A stretch of 64,000 nt of DNA, taken from contig CAZLEO010000005.1 of NCBI GenBank assembly GCA_964558555.1, positions 10,968 through 74,967 of the forward strand, given 5' to 3'. The stretch comes from an uncultured Rickettsiales bacterium. Its GTDB lineage: Bacteria; Myxococcota_A; UBA796; UBA9615; CAYRNR01. A program made the position numbers and the translations under genes. Each line of letters begins with the position of its first letter. Position 1 is the stretch's first letter. Positions 54,328 to 63,916 of the stretch are shown here, one piece after another. The notes beneath the pieces were generated by a model. It was not told where the DNA came from, did not search any database, and was given only the letters and a program-made list of their open reading frames with translations.

Positions 54328-55516
54328 ACAGATCGGTGAGCCCCACGAACAGGTCCGGGCGGAGGCGTCGCTCGTCGAGCCACCGGAACACGGGGCGGTG
54401 GTCCGTGCCGCCACCCCCGCGGAACCGGGCGTGGCGCAAGAATGACGCGATCTCCACGTCGTCCACGGCCTGCTGCACCCTGGCGTCGGCGACGAGCAAG
54501 GTCATCTCCTCGACCTCCTGCGACAGGGCGTGCAGCTCGGCGGCGATGTCGTCGAGCAGCTCGTCAGAGATGCTGCCCGAGGTGTCCACGGCCACGACCA
54601 CGCAGCCCGCGCGCTCCGAGTGGATTCCAGGGACCAGCAGATCCTGCTCGAGGTACCGCCGGTTGGGCCGCGACAGGGCGTAGTCGTCCCGAGCGGTGGC
54701 CTGGCCGGCGTAGCTGCGGAAGAGCCGCTGCCAGGGTACGCGACGGCGACCTGCCCCCTGGATATCCCGCACCAGAGCCCCGGGCAGGTGCCCGGCCTGG
54801 TCCTGTCGCGACCAGGCCTCCACCGCCGCAGCGACGCGGCCGTGCAGCTCCTCGCGCTCGGCCGAGGAGAGCCCCCGGGGGAGGTGGACGTCGATCCCAC
54901 CGCCGTGATCGGTCACGTTGGGGACGACGACGCGGCCCGGCAGCACGGTGTTCTCGCCGCCGCCACCAGATCCGCCCGACTGGATTTCCAGCGTGAGCGT
55001 CACGCTCACCGGCTCGGGCAGCTCCTCGGCGGCGAGGTACTCGTAGATGGCCTCGGCGATCTTGCCGTCCCAGCGGGTGTCCAGGAGGATCTGGATGTCG
55101 CCAAGTCCCTCGATCTTGCCTTGAGGGGGGTCGTACAGCGCCCGGCCCGGCCGCGCCGGGTGCTGGATCTGCGACACGATCCGGTTGATGGCGTAGTCGG
55201 TGGCGCAGTTCCACAGCTGGGGGTTGCGGCCGCGCTCGCGGTCCTGGGTGGCGTAGAGCTGGTGCCCGACCTCGTGGGCGAGCACGAAGCCGAGCTGCTC
55301 GTGGCTCAGGTGCCGTGTCTTGAGCGGGTTGAACCAGATGTGACGCACGCAGTCGGTCGCCGCGATGCCCTCCAGCTCCGGGGCCGGCACCACGTGGACC
55401 TGCAGCAGCAGGTATCCCCAGAACGGGTGCATCTGGAGCATCTGCATCCGCAGCATCGACACGCGCTTCTCCTCGGCGGCGATGACGGCGTCGAGGTCGG
55501 GCGCAGCGCGGCTCAT
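54230..55516 (-). CDS. VWA-like domain protein with N-terminal putative metallopeptidase domain (DUF2201_N/DUF2201-type; MoxR-associated vWA protein)
   Basis: FVLAHEVGHQLYATQDRERGRNPQLWNCATDYAINRIV has HExxH and DxxxN motifs. The C-terminal VWA is VVVAVDTSGSISDELLD...GGGTD. ATG 55516 overlaps the MoxR stop (ATGA). Confidence 0.75.
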   Translation of the reverse strand: MSRAAPDLDAVIAAEEKRVSMLRMQMLQMHPFWGYLLLQVHVVPAPELEGIAATDCVRHIWFNPLKTRHLSHEQLGFVLAHEVGHQLYATQDRERGRNPQLWNCATDYAINRIVSQIQHPARPGRALYDPPQGKIEGLGDIQILLDTRWDGKIAEAIYEYLAAEELPEPVSVTLTLEIQSGGSGGGGENTVLPGRVVVPNVTDHGGGIDVHLPRGLSSAEREELHGRVAAAVEAWSRQDQAGHLPGALVRDIQGAGRRRVPWQRLFRSYAGQATARDDYALSRPNRRYLEQDLLVPGIHSERAGCVVVAVDTSGSISDELLDDIAAELHALSQEVEEMTLLVADARVQQAVDDVEIASFLRHARFRGGGGTDHRPVFRWLDERRLRPDLFVGLTDLFSHFPTRRPPYPVLWVAPKRHGDAPWGRVVEV

Positions 55517-56595
55517 GCGTACAGCCCTGCGTGGACACCCGCGAGCTGCGACGCCAGGGCCCGGTACTCCGGGACCCCCTTGAGCCGGGAGCGCAGCTCG
55601 GCGTCCACCTGGCGCAGGAACAGGAACACGTACTCCATGTCCAGCCCAGGCGACCGCAGGAACTTGACCACGTTGGGCAGGTCCCGGTCGCGCGCCTTGC
55701 CCTCGTGGTTGAGCCAGGCGGCCACGGCGTAGATGGCCGCGTACACGTACGAGGGCTCGGCCTTCTTGCCCTTGCGGAAGTCCTGGGCGTGGCCCTTGCG
55801 GATGATCCGCGCGGCGTTGACCCGGCGGTAGATCCGCAGGTAGCTGTCGAGCTTCTCCGCCGCCACCACCCCCACGCACGCGGCCACGGCCCGCTTGCGC
55901 AGCTCTTCGGGGCTGCGACGATAGACCTCGCTGGCCATGGCCCAGCTACGCGGCGTGGGGAACGCCATCTCGCCGTCGTTGTCGTACAGGGCCGGCTCCC
56001 CGTGGCGGCCGATGTAGGCCAGGACCGCCTCGTGGACCCCCTGCTCGGCGCCCCACTCCAGCCACGACCGCGCGTCCACGCGTAGCGTGAAATGCGCGAA
56101 GCGGTTGCACAGCGCCGAGGACAGCTGCGTGACGATGGCGTTGTCCTCTTCGAGGTTCCCCGCCGCCATCACCACCGTCCCCGGGTGGAACCGGAACGGC
56201 CCGACCCGCTTCTCCAGCACGATCTGGTAGGCCGCGGCCTGGTGCAGCCGCGTCACCGCGGCGTTGACCTCGTCGAGGAAGACCATCACCGGCTCCTCGC
56301 TGGCCTGCCGCACCCAGTCGGGCGGGAACAGCGACAGCACCTTCTTCCTGCGGTCGGGGAAGTACACTCCACCGAGCTCGGCCGGGTCCCGCTGGGCCAG
56401 CCGGATGTCCACCATCGGCAGGTCCATCTTCTCGGCCAGGCCAGCCGCGAGAGTCGACTTGCCCACTCCCGGGTGTCCCCGCAACAGCACCGAGATCCCG
56501 GCGCTCAGCGTCGCCTCGATCAGCGGCCCCAGCTCCGCGTGGGTGTACCCCTCGACGAGCTGCGGCGCGGCCTTCTTCTTCTTCCTCGCAGGCAT
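55513..56595 (-). CDS. MoxR-like AAA+ ATPase
   Basis: SVLLRGHPGVGKSTLA is Walker A and VMVFLDEVNAA is Walker B. MoxR/CbbQ-type C-terminal helical domain. ATG 56595 after AGGAGA. Confidence 0.8.
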   Translation of the reverse strand: MPARKKKKAAPQLVEGYTHAELGPLIEATLSAGISVLLRGHPGVGKSTLAAGLAEKMDLPMVDIRLAQRDPAELGGVYFPDRRKKVLSLFPPDWVRQASEEPVMVFLDEVNAAVTRLHQAAAYQIVLEKRVGPFRFHPGTVVMAAGNLEEDNAIVTQLSSALCNRFAHFTLRVDARSWLEWGAEQGVHEAVLAYIGRHGEPALYDNDGEMAFPTPRSWAMASEVYRRSPEELRKRAVAACVGVVAAEKLDSYLRIYRRVNAARIIRKGHAQDFRKGKKAEPSYVYAAIYAVAAWLNHEGKARDRDLPNVVKFLRSPGLDMEYVFLFLRQVDAELRSRLKGVPEYRALASQLAGVHAGLYA

Positions 56596-56603
56596 GGCGT
56601 CTC

Positions 56604-57212
56604 CTAGAGCATCACGTCGAGCAGCTGGTACTTCAGGTCCTCGTGCTTGAGCAGCACCGCGATCACGTGCTTGCAGTACCCCCCCGTCACGTCCTTGCGG
56701 TGTTCCGCGTCCGGGCACGTGCAGCTCGGCGGTCCCGACCAGTCCTCGAACACCCGCACCTCGTAGGGCCGGGTCCCACCTTCGAGCGCAAACACCTGCA
56801 CCCCCTCGGCCACCCCCTTCACCTCGATCCGATACCGCTTGATCACGTCGTGCGCCGCGCGCAGGAACCGCTGGTCCCGCGCACGGATGTCGATGGTCAC
56901 CTGCCTGTCCGTCATGCCCTGGCCTCCGTTTCCCAGCACGTTCACGGGCGCCCGATATCGGACCCCGTCCACCCAGACCACACCCTCGGCGCAGCGCTGG
57001 TTCAGCCACTGCGTCCACTCGACCAGCAGATACCGCTGAACGCTGGCCTGTCGGCCGAACCAGACCGACGCGTACACGTAGAAGCTGCGACTGTTCACCT
57101 CGCGCACCCGATACACCGCTCCCAGCGCCCACTTGTTCAGCGGCGAGGCTCCGGGCGAGTAGTCCGCCCGGTCGAGTACGAACACGATCATCCCGCGCTG
57201 AGGTGCCTTCAT
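56604..57212 (-). CDS. SWIM zinc-finger protein
   Basis: The C-terminus SCTCPDAEHRKDVTGGYCKHVIAVLL is a CxC...CxH SWIM finger. It is the first gene of a three-gene operon with the MoxR and VWA genes. Confidence 0.7.
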   Translation of the reverse strand: MKAPQRGMIVFVLDRADYSPGASPLNKWALGAVYRVREVNSRSFYVYASVWFGRQASVQRYLLVEWTQWLNQRCAEGVVWVDGVRYRAPVNVLGNGGQGMTDRQVTIDIRARDQRFLRAAHDVIKRYRIEVKGVAEGVQVFALEGGTRPYEVRVFEDWSGPPSCTCPDAEHRKDVTGGYCKHVIAVLLKHEDLKYQLLDVML

Positions 57213-57248
57213 CTCGCCCTCTTTCACGACTGGTTCTACCGTCTGGGC

Positions 57249-57264
57249 TGGACAGCGGTTGTCA
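57249..57264. promoter_or_regulatory. inverted repeat TGGACA-gcggt-TGTCA in the SWIM/WYL divergent promoter region; candidate operator
   Basis: ctggacagcggttgtcacc shares the GGACA-N5-TGTC core with the palindrome at 29423-29441. Confidence 0.4.
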
Positions 57265-57305
57265 CCGACAGGCCGTTCCCGCACAATCTCCCCTCGGAGG
57301 TCCCC

Positions 57306-58319
57306 ATGCCCGGTACCAAGCCCACGTACTCCGACGGCATCCAGATGGTGCAGATGCTCCAGTGGCTCGAGGCCAGCTCCAACCGTCAATTGCGGATCAA
57401 CGCCATTGCCGAGCGGATGGAGGTCCACCGCCGCACCGTGATCCGCTATGTGGACGCCCTCAACGCCTCGGTGGACAACGACCTGGGTGAGCCCATCGTC
57501 GAGCGGGTGGGCACCGGCGTGCGGGCCGTGGCCAAGCTGGGCCAGCGGGTCCAGCCCCTGTCCGCGCGCATCTTCCAGTTCGCGGCCGTCTACGCGGCCA
57601 CCCGATCACAGGAATCCGGTGGGGGTTCCCTGCTCAGCGACGCCACGGGCCCTCTCCTGGAACAGATGGAGGCTGGCTTCGAGATGAACCTCCGGCCCAT
57701 CGCCCGGCGCGTCCACGATGCATTCCACCACGTGCCGTTCGGACCCAAGGACTACCGGGCCAACCAGGACGCCCTCGACGCCGTGGTCCGCGGCGCCCTG
57801 TACCACCGGCCGGTGACGATCCGGTACCGCACCCTCGACGGATGGAAGATCACCAAGAAGATCGAGCCGTTCACCCTGCTGACCTACCGCGACGGCCTGT
57901 ACGTTCTGGCGCGACAAAAGGTGAAGAAGGGCCCGCGCATGCGGCTGTACGCGGTGGATCGCATCCTCGAGGCGGACCTGCACCGGAAAGAGGAGTTCAA
58001 GGTCCCGGCCGGCTACCGGCCCGAGGACTTCTTCCGCGGATCGCTGGGCCTGTGGCAGACCGACAAGCGCGCCCAGCGCATCCGGATCGCGTTCGACGCC
58101 GACGTGGTCGCCGTGGTCAAGGAGCGCCAGTGGCCGGGCATCGAGGGGTGGGAGGAGCTCGACGACGGGCGCTGGGCCCTGGATCTCAAGGTGCCCGTCA
58201 CCCCCGAGGTCGTCACATGGATCATCACCTGGGGCCGCGCCGCCGAGGTGCTCGCGCCCAAGACGTTGCGGCGGCGAGTGCAGGGTGAGCTGAAGGCCGC
58301 GCTGGCCCAGTACAGCTAG
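57306..58319 (+). CDS. WYL domain transcriptional regulator (wHTH-WYL-WCX, BrxR/CapW-like)
   Basis: N-terminal HTH (LRINAIAERMEVHRRTVIRYVDAL). The WYL core is HRPVTIRYRTLDGWKITKKIEPFTLLTYRDGLYVLARQ...LYAVDRI. The WCX is VTPEVVTWIITWGRAAEVLAPKTLRRRV. ATG 57306 with GGAGG 6 nt upstream. Confidence 0.85.
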   Translation: MPGTKPTYSDGIQMVQMLQWLEASSNRQLRINAIAERMEVHRRTVIRYVDALNASVDNDLGEPIVERVGTGVRAVAKLGQRVQPLSARIFQFAAVYAATRSQESGGGSLLSDATGPLLEQMEAGFEMNLRPIARRVHDAFHHVPFGPKDYRANQDALDAVVRGALYHRPVTIRYRTLDGWKITKKIEPFTLLTYRDGLYVLARQKVKKGPRMRLYAVDRILEADLHRKEEFKVPAGYRPEDFFRGSLGLWQTDKRAQRIRIAFDADVVAVVKERQWPGIEGWEELDDGRWALDLKVPVTPEVVTWIITWGRAAEVLAPKTLRRRVQGELKAALAQYS

Positions 58320-59800
58320 AAAGGGATGTCGCCGTCCGAGGCGTCATCACCAGGCGTCCACTCCCAGGTTCGCTTCGCCACCCCGCAGAGATCGCTGTCC
58401 TGGTCGAACCACGGACCGAACAGCACCAGGTACACCTCGAGACGAGCGTCCCGTGCACGCCCGACGAGCCCCTCGTCCACCCCACCGTACCCGTCGGTCA
58501 ACACCAGGATCCTCCGATACCGCTGCTCCAGCGCGTGGTCGAGGATGCAGTCGAAGTCGGTCCCGCCCGTGGTCTCGTACCTGCCCTCGGCCAGGTCCCC
58601 CAGCAGCGCCGTGGACACCTGGTTCGAGAACACGTGCACCCGGTCCCCCACGTGATCCTCCAGGGCCGTGCACAGCCGAAACAAGAAAGGCAGCTGCTCG
58701 TCCATGGACCCCGATCCGTCCACGTACAGCTGGACCCGCTGGTCGTCCTCGATCTCCTGCTCCAGCGGCGCGGTCCAGAACAGCGGCGTGCAGCCCAGGG
58801 CCAGGCTCAGCGCCTCGGACCGTCCGAGGCGGCCCACCACCCCCCGTTCCGCCGTGAGCGCCTTGCGCGTGACGGGATGATCCGGGTCGGCGTCCATGGC
58901 CAGCCGGATGGCCGCGAGCAGTGGGGCGGGATCGGGCTGGCCGTCGTCGAGCTGGAGTTCCTGCAGGCGCAGGAACTTGCCGTGGCCGCCGTGGATGCCG
59001 AAGACCTCGGACAGGATGCGGGCGTCGCCCTTCCACTGGACATCCCTCAGCTCGTGGTCGCCCAGCAGAATGGGGACATTGCCCAGGACCAGCGGGAGCT
59101 CCTCGGCCATGGCGTCGCAGAACTGCGGCCAGAACTCGGCAAACCCCTGCGAATCCAGCCAGGCGTTGAGGTACAGCTCGGCCACGGCCGATGGTCGCCG
59201 TACCCCCACGCGGTTGAGCGCGTCCTTGAGCAGCCCGTGAAGCTGGGAACGTGCGGCATAGGTCGGCCCGAAGCGGCCGGTGCGGGGGTCGACAGCGAGC
59301 AGGTCCTCGACCTCTGCGCAGCCGTGCTCCCGCAGCAGCACGATGGGCGGCAGGAGCAGCATCTCCGGGAATGCGTTGGGCCGATACAGCCGCTGCAGAT
59401 ACGGTGCCCCCTCGCCGTCGAACCACATCCGCTCCAGCTGGGCGTCCACGAACATGTCCAGGGCCAGGCCCAGCAGGGTCCTGGTGGTGAAGTCCAGGTG
59501 CACGAACCGCGACAGGTCACCGCGGACACGATGCAGGATCTCGTGGGCGAGCAGGTGCAGCGCAGAGTCGTCCTCGAGGACCTTCTCCGCCACGAACTCC
59601 GGGTCCACCTCGATCACCGCGCCACGGCTCGACGCCCTCAGCCGCGCCGAGCCCACACCGGGCGCCTCTTGCACGCGCAGGCAACCACCGTCACTGTCCA
59701 GCAACCACATCAGCAGGTTCAGCGCCCGGCGGCCGCGCGGATGATCCATCCGACGTCGCGCGGCCTGCAGCGCAGCAGGCAGGAACTCGGCAAACCTCAC
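58316..59800 (-). CDS. VWA domain protein with N-terminal HExxH metallopeptidase-like domain (second MoxR-associated vWA protein)
   Basis: LLAHEILHRV is an HExxH motif. The C-terminal VWA is LYVDGSGSMDEQL...TTGGTDF. GTG 59800 overlaps the upstream stop (GTGA) and has GAGGTG 5 nt upstream. Confidence 0.7.
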   Translation of the reverse strand: MRFAEFLPAALQAARRRMDHPRGRRALNLLMWLLDSDGGCLRVQEAPGVGSARLRASSRGAVIEVDPEFVAEKVLEDDSALHLLAHEILHRVRGDLSRFVHLDFTTRTLLGLALDMFVDAQLERMWFDGEGAPYLQRLYRPNAFPEMLLLPPIVLLREHGCAEVEDLLAVDPRTGRFGPTYAARSQLHGLLKDALNRVGVRRPSAVAELYLNAWLDSQGFAEFWPQFCDAMAEELPLVLGNVPILLGDHELRDVQWKGDARILSEVFGIHGGHGKFLRLQELQLDDGQPDPAPLLAAIRLAMDADPDHPVTRKALTAERGVVGRLGRSEALSLALGCTPLFWTAPLEQEIEDDQRVQLYVDGSGSMDEQLPFLFRLCTALEDHVGDRVHVFSNQVSTALLGDLAEGRYETTGGTDFDCILDHALEQRYRRILVLTDGYGGVDEGLVGRARDARLEVYLVLFGPWFDQDSDLCGVAKRTWEWTPGDDASDGDIPF

Positions 59801-60864
59801 GCCGTCACCTCGGGCGTCGGGAGCGCTCCGACGAGCAGCGAAGCGCCCGGCGGCTCCACGTGGGCGACGGGCGGGTTCTGCGGCAGGTAGGTCCCGCCCA
59901 CGGTCCTCGACAGCACCGCGCGCACGGCGGCGGGGTCGTCGATCACGGGGAGGTCCGTGGACAGTCGCGTCGGATCGGACAGCAACCCCGGCTCCACCAG
60001 GAAGCACGGCGGGAGGCTCTCGTCCACGTCAGCAACAACGTCGTTGCACTCCATGTGATCCGGGACACGCAGCACGAATCTCGGCCACAACTCGGCCATG
60101 GGCACGCGCCCGCGGGCCGAAGAGGAACACGCCGTACCATGCTCGTCGAACCGCCTGTAGACCGCGTCAGGCAGCCTGTCGTATGCGCTGTACCTGCGTG
60201 TGACCCCGCGATCGACGTGGATCACCTGGCTGTTGTGCCCCGATCCCACGATGAGCCACTCGCAGTAGGGGACCGTCAGATCGCCCACCGCCAGCGTCCG
60301 CTCGATGGCCACGGCCAGGGCCTCGCTGCGCGACCGGCAGTAGTACGCGTGCCCGGGCCGGTCCAGGCGCACCCAGCCGTGGTTTTCCAGGTCCAGATTG
60401 TCGGCTTCCACCAGCGGCAGCGCCGGGCCGGGCCCGCACGTGTCGCCCTTGTCGACGAACGCCTCGAGCGCGACCCGCCGCTGCGCCACGGTCGTGCGAC
60501 CACGCTGGATCTCCCGCAAGCGCTCGTCCAGCGCGCTGCTCCCCACCGGCGCCCACCGGGCCAGCAGGAAGTCGATCAACGCCGAGCGGGACGCGTACGC
60601 GATCAGACCATCGAAGCTCTCGGTGCCGTCGTCTCCTCGCAGGGACACACGGCCCGGTACCGGGTCGTACAGCCGACGACGGCGCCTGAACCTCCTCCCG
60701 CGCCGGCGACAGAGATAGCGCCCATCCGCCGCAACCGCCGAGGACTCCTCCAGCGCCCCGAACTCCTCCTCGACCGCGTGGGCGAGGGACACATCCACAC
60801 ACGCCGCCTCCAGCACGTCCACGTAGGGCCTACGCTCCCTGAGCCTGTAGCACGTGATCTTCAT
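59797..60864 (-). CDS. hypothetical protein (355 aa), middle gene of the second MoxR-VWA operon
   Basis: ATG 60864 follows AAGGAGGGGAGG and overlaps the MoxR stop (ATGA). MKITCYRLRERRPYVDVLEAAC... No recognisable domain. Confidence 0.55.
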   Translation of the reverse strand: MKITCYRLRERRPYVDVLEAACVDVSLAHAVEEEFGALEESSAVAADGRYLCRRRGRRFRRRRRLYDPVPGRVSLRGDDGTESFDGLIAYASRSALIDFLLARWAPVGSSALDERLREIQRGRTTVAQRRVALEAFVDKGDTCGPGPALPLVEADNLDLENHGWVRLDRPGHAYYCRSRSEALAVAIERTLAVGDLTVPYCEWLIVGSGHNSQVIHVDRGVTRRYSAYDRLPDAVYRRFDEHGTACSSSARGRVPMAELWPRFVLRVPDHMECNDVVADVDESLPPCFLVEPGLLSDPTRLSTDLPVIDDPAAVRAVLSRTVGGTYLPQNPPVAHVEPPGASLLVGALPTPEVTA

Positions 60865-62393
60865 GACGGCCTCCCCTCCTTGCCGGTCAGGCCTTCGCTC
60901 ACCTCGGCCCGCTTCTTCCCGGCCATGTCCACGTCCGCCCGATCGTCCACGTCCCCCACCCGGTCCCGCGACAGCTCGATGGCCGCCCGCGAGGCCAGCC
61001 AGTCCAGGTCTCCGGAGAACGCGCGCGGATCCTTCGCCACCTCCTGGGCCAGGTCCGCCACCTCGTCCCAGTCCGAGCTGTGCAGCCCGGACACCGCCCG
61101 CCACGAGTCGAAGATGCGGCTGACCACGTCCAGGGGCATCCGCGCGTGGTGCCTCGCCGCCACCTCCACCAGCCGCCTCAGCGCCGGCACCGACTCCCCC
61201 CAGCGCCGGGCGCTGACGCCGGCCTCCTCCCCCAGCGGCCGCACCACCCGGCTGACCACCTCGTGGTGGTCCTCCTCCCCGAGGTCACCGAGCGCATCCT
61301 CGTACTGCTCCACCATCTGTTCCAGCGACGTCTGAGCGAACACCGAGCACGCCGCCTGGCTCCCCGCGCCCTTCGCCCCTTCTTCCCCGGCAAAGCTCTG
61401 CTCCCACGCCGCCAGGTGCACCGGGTACAGCACCGTGCTCGGCACCGCCTCGTCCAGCGCCGGCCCCGGCAGCAGATGTCGCACACAATCGAACAGCGCG
61501 CCCTCGTCCGGCACGTCCTTGCCCCGCACCCGGTCCACCGCCATGCCCGCGGCCAGCGCGCGATACATCAACGACAGCCGCCTGCCGTCCAGGTCGATCT
61601 TCTGGGCCCTCAACAGCGCCTGGAAGCTCCTCACGTAATCCACCAGGGGCGGGCCGTACTCCTCGACCACCTCCCCCAGTACGACCCTGGACTCCTCCAC
61701 CACCCGCGCGATCCCCTCCCCCGCCTCGATCCGGTCGCCCTGCCCGTTCCAGACCTCCTTGCACCCCGGCGCGTCCGCCGCCGTCACCGTGCGGATCACC
61801 GCATCCACCTGCTGCGCGGTCATGTCCTTCACCGTCGGCATCGTCACGATGTAGGCGAACCGCCCCACCAGCGCCGGGTCCAGCGTCCTCGCCCCCAGGT
61901 AGCCGGGGGGGTTCATCGCCCCGAACACCATCTTCAGCGACTCCACCGCCTGCCCCATCACCCGCCGCGATCGGACGACCTCCAGCCACTTGTTCTGCAT
62001 CGCAGGTGCGGCACGCGACAGTTCGTCCACCAGCACGAACTCGACACCCCAGATGGAGATCTCGGTGGGGACGTAGCCGAGCTTGCCCTCGCCGAGATCC
62101 CGAGGGTTCGGGAAGCCGATGATGTCCTCGAACAGCGCCTTGGACGCGTCGTACGCGCGGAAGCGCATCGCCAGGGCGTCGGCAAGGGCCTCGGCCATCG
62201 CGGTCTTGGCGGTACCGTGCGCGCCCACCAGCAAGAGCGGATCGCCCGTGACCAGCGACGCCAGCACGGGCGTGGCAATGGTCTCCATCCCGTACAGGCC
62301 GACGGCCTCCAGGGGATCACGGCGGATACGCTCGGAAAGGGACTGTGACACGGGGGCCACGGCCACGGGCGCCGTTGCGGTGTCCTCGAACAT
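60861..62393 (-). CDS. MoxR-like AAA+ ATPase with long C-terminal extension (510 aa)
   Basis: PLLLVGAHGTAKTAMAEALA is Walker A and VEFVLVDELSRAAPAMQNKWLEVV is Walker B. AAA_3/5-like. Confidence 0.75.
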   Translation of the reverse strand: MFEDTATAPVAVAPVSQSLSERIRRDPLEAVGLYGMETIATPVLASLVTGDPLLLVGAHGTAKTAMAEALADALAMRFRAYDASKALFEDIIGFPNPRDLGEGKLGYVPTEISIWGVEFVLVDELSRAAPAMQNKWLEVVRSRRVMGQAVESLKMVFGAMNPPGYLGARTLDPALVGRFAYIVTMPTVKDMTAQQVDAVIRTVTAADAPGCKEVWNGQGDRIEAGEGIARVVEESRVVLGEVVEEYGPPLVDYVRSFQALLRAQKIDLDGRRLSLMYRALAAGMAVDRVRGKDVPDEGALFDCVRHLLPGPALDEAVPSTVLYPVHLAAWEQSFAGEEGAKGAGSQAACSVFAQTSLEQMVEQYEDALGDLGEEDHHEVVSRVVRPLGEEAGVSARRWGESVPALRRLVEVAARHHARMPLDVVSRIFDSWRAVSGLHSSDWDEVADLAQEVAKDPRAFSGDLDWLASRAAIELSRDRVGDVDDRADVDMAGKKRAEVSEGLTGKEGRPS

Positions 62394-62502
62394 GACTCAC
62401 CTCCATGAGATGGGGTGAGTGTAGGGGTGGGGCTGGACAGGGGTTGTCCAGGAAGAGCCGGAAGGTTCGTGTAGGATTCACGAACACGAGGGAGCCGAGC
62501 CC

Positions 62503-63006
62503 ATGCGATATGTCTTCGTCCGCCACGGCCTCTACAAGTACGAAGGGATGCCCGATTCCGAGAAGGACGACAAGGCGCTGGAACCCCACGGGGTGAAGGG
62601 CGCACTCGGAGCGGCGGACTACCTCGCAGGCGAGCACATCGTGCCCGACCTCATCCTCGTGACCCTCAAGCGACGCACGGCCCACACCGCCGAGATCATC
62701 CGCGACGCGCTTCAGCTGCCGGACGTGCCCCTCCATCGCACGAGGTCCGGGCACAGAGGCCGCAAGACCGTTCCCAGGAAGCTCGAGGAGTGGATCGACC
62801 ATCACGACATCGGCGAGTCGCAGACCCTGATGTTCGTCGGCCACGGCAACAGCCAGAACGCCCTGCGGTCCTTCTTCGACGAGGGCGCCAAGCCCCCATC
62901 CGACGGGGTCAGTCACTGCGCCGTGCTGATCCTGGACGTCCGCGGGCGCGGCAAGGAGATGCAGATCCGCGGCAAGACGTTCGATTCCGGGCTACCCGTC
63001 CCCTGA
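62503..63006 (+). CDS. histidine phosphatase family protein (SixA/phosphoglycerate-mutase-like)
   Basis: MRYVFVRHG has the RHG motif. ...LMFVGHGNSQNAL contains the second His. Confidence 0.65.
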   Translation: MRYVFVRHGLYKYEGMPDSEKDDKALEPHGVKGALGAADYLAGEHIVPDLILVTLKRRTAHTAEIIRDALQLPDVPLHRTRSGHRGRKTVPRKLEEWIDHHDIGESQTLMFVGHGNSQNALRSFFDEGAKPPSDGVSHCAVLILDVRGRGKEMQIRGKTFDSGLPVP

Positions 63007-63016
63007 CACCCCGCCC

Positions 63017-63916
63017 CTAGGAATCCTTGCTGGAGCTTGCCTCGCCATTCTCTCCGGCTGCCTTCCTCGCCTTCTGCCTGATCTGGTACATCTGCAGCGC
63101 CAGCCCACCCGCGAAGTACTCCAGCCACTCCGTGTAGTCCCCCGTCCGGTCCGCAGTGCGCAGCGTGGCGTAGTAGTTGTCTCGATTCTTGTTGTAGTAG
63201 CTCGCCAGGTCGAACAGGTACTTGTAGTCGTACCCGCGCTGGTACAACAACGCTGTCGTGAGCATCCTCGCGGTCCGGCCGTTGCCGTCGACGAAGGGAT
63301 GGATCCACACGAGGCGGTGCTGCAAGATCCCCGCGACCAGCACCGGGTGCGTCCAGCCGTCGACGACCCCCCGGCGGACCTGCGCCGGCGTCGGCTTGTG
63401 CTTGCAGCCATCGACCCAATCGAGCAGCTCGCGCAGCTCGTCCTCGACCCGGCCCCAGGGTGGCGGCTGGTGGTGGACGACCGTCTCCTCGCCCTGCACA
63501 TCCCCTACACACACGTCTTCGCGTCGGATCTGGCCGGCGAAGCGGTCCCCGCCACGGACGCCCTCTACCAGGCGACGATGGATATCCCGGAGATCACTGA
63601 TCCGGAACGTGTACTCGCGCGCACCGCGGAGATCCTCGATGGCGCCGAAAACACCGAGGTAGTTCAGGAACTCCTTCTCCGAGTCACGCAGCTCCCGTTC
63701 TCTCGGCTCCTTGATCAGCTCGAACGCCATCTCCAGCGTCAGGGAGTTCCCCTCGATCTGCACGCTCGCAAGGGCGTCCTCGACCCGCACGGCCTGGCGT
63801 AGCTCACCGACCCATTCGGGCCGCATGCGTACGGCCGAGAGCATGCCGCGGGTGCGTTCGATCGCGACCAGCTGGCGCTGGATGCGGGGAGTCAGTCGAT
63901 AGGTGGGTTCGAACAT
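63017..63916 (-). CDS. Fic/DOC family protein (Fido domain)
   Basis: HPFVDGNGRTARML matches the Fic motif HPFx[D/E]GNGRxxR. 299 aa. Confidence 0.85.
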   Translation of the reverse strand: MFEPTYRLTPRIQRQLVAIERTRGMLSAVRMRPEWVGELRQAVRVEDALASVQIEGNSLTLEMAFELIKEPRERELRDSEKEFLNYLGVFGAIEDLRGAREYTFRISDLRDIHRRLVEGVRGGDRFAGQIRREDVCVGDVQGEETVVHHQPPPWGRVEDELRELLDWVDGCKHKPTPAQVRRGVVDGWTHPVLVAGILQHRLVWIHPFVDGNGRTARMLTTALLYQRGYDYKYLFDLASYYNKNRDNYYATLRTADRTGDYTEWLEYFAGGLALQMYQIRQKARKAAGENGEASSSKDS

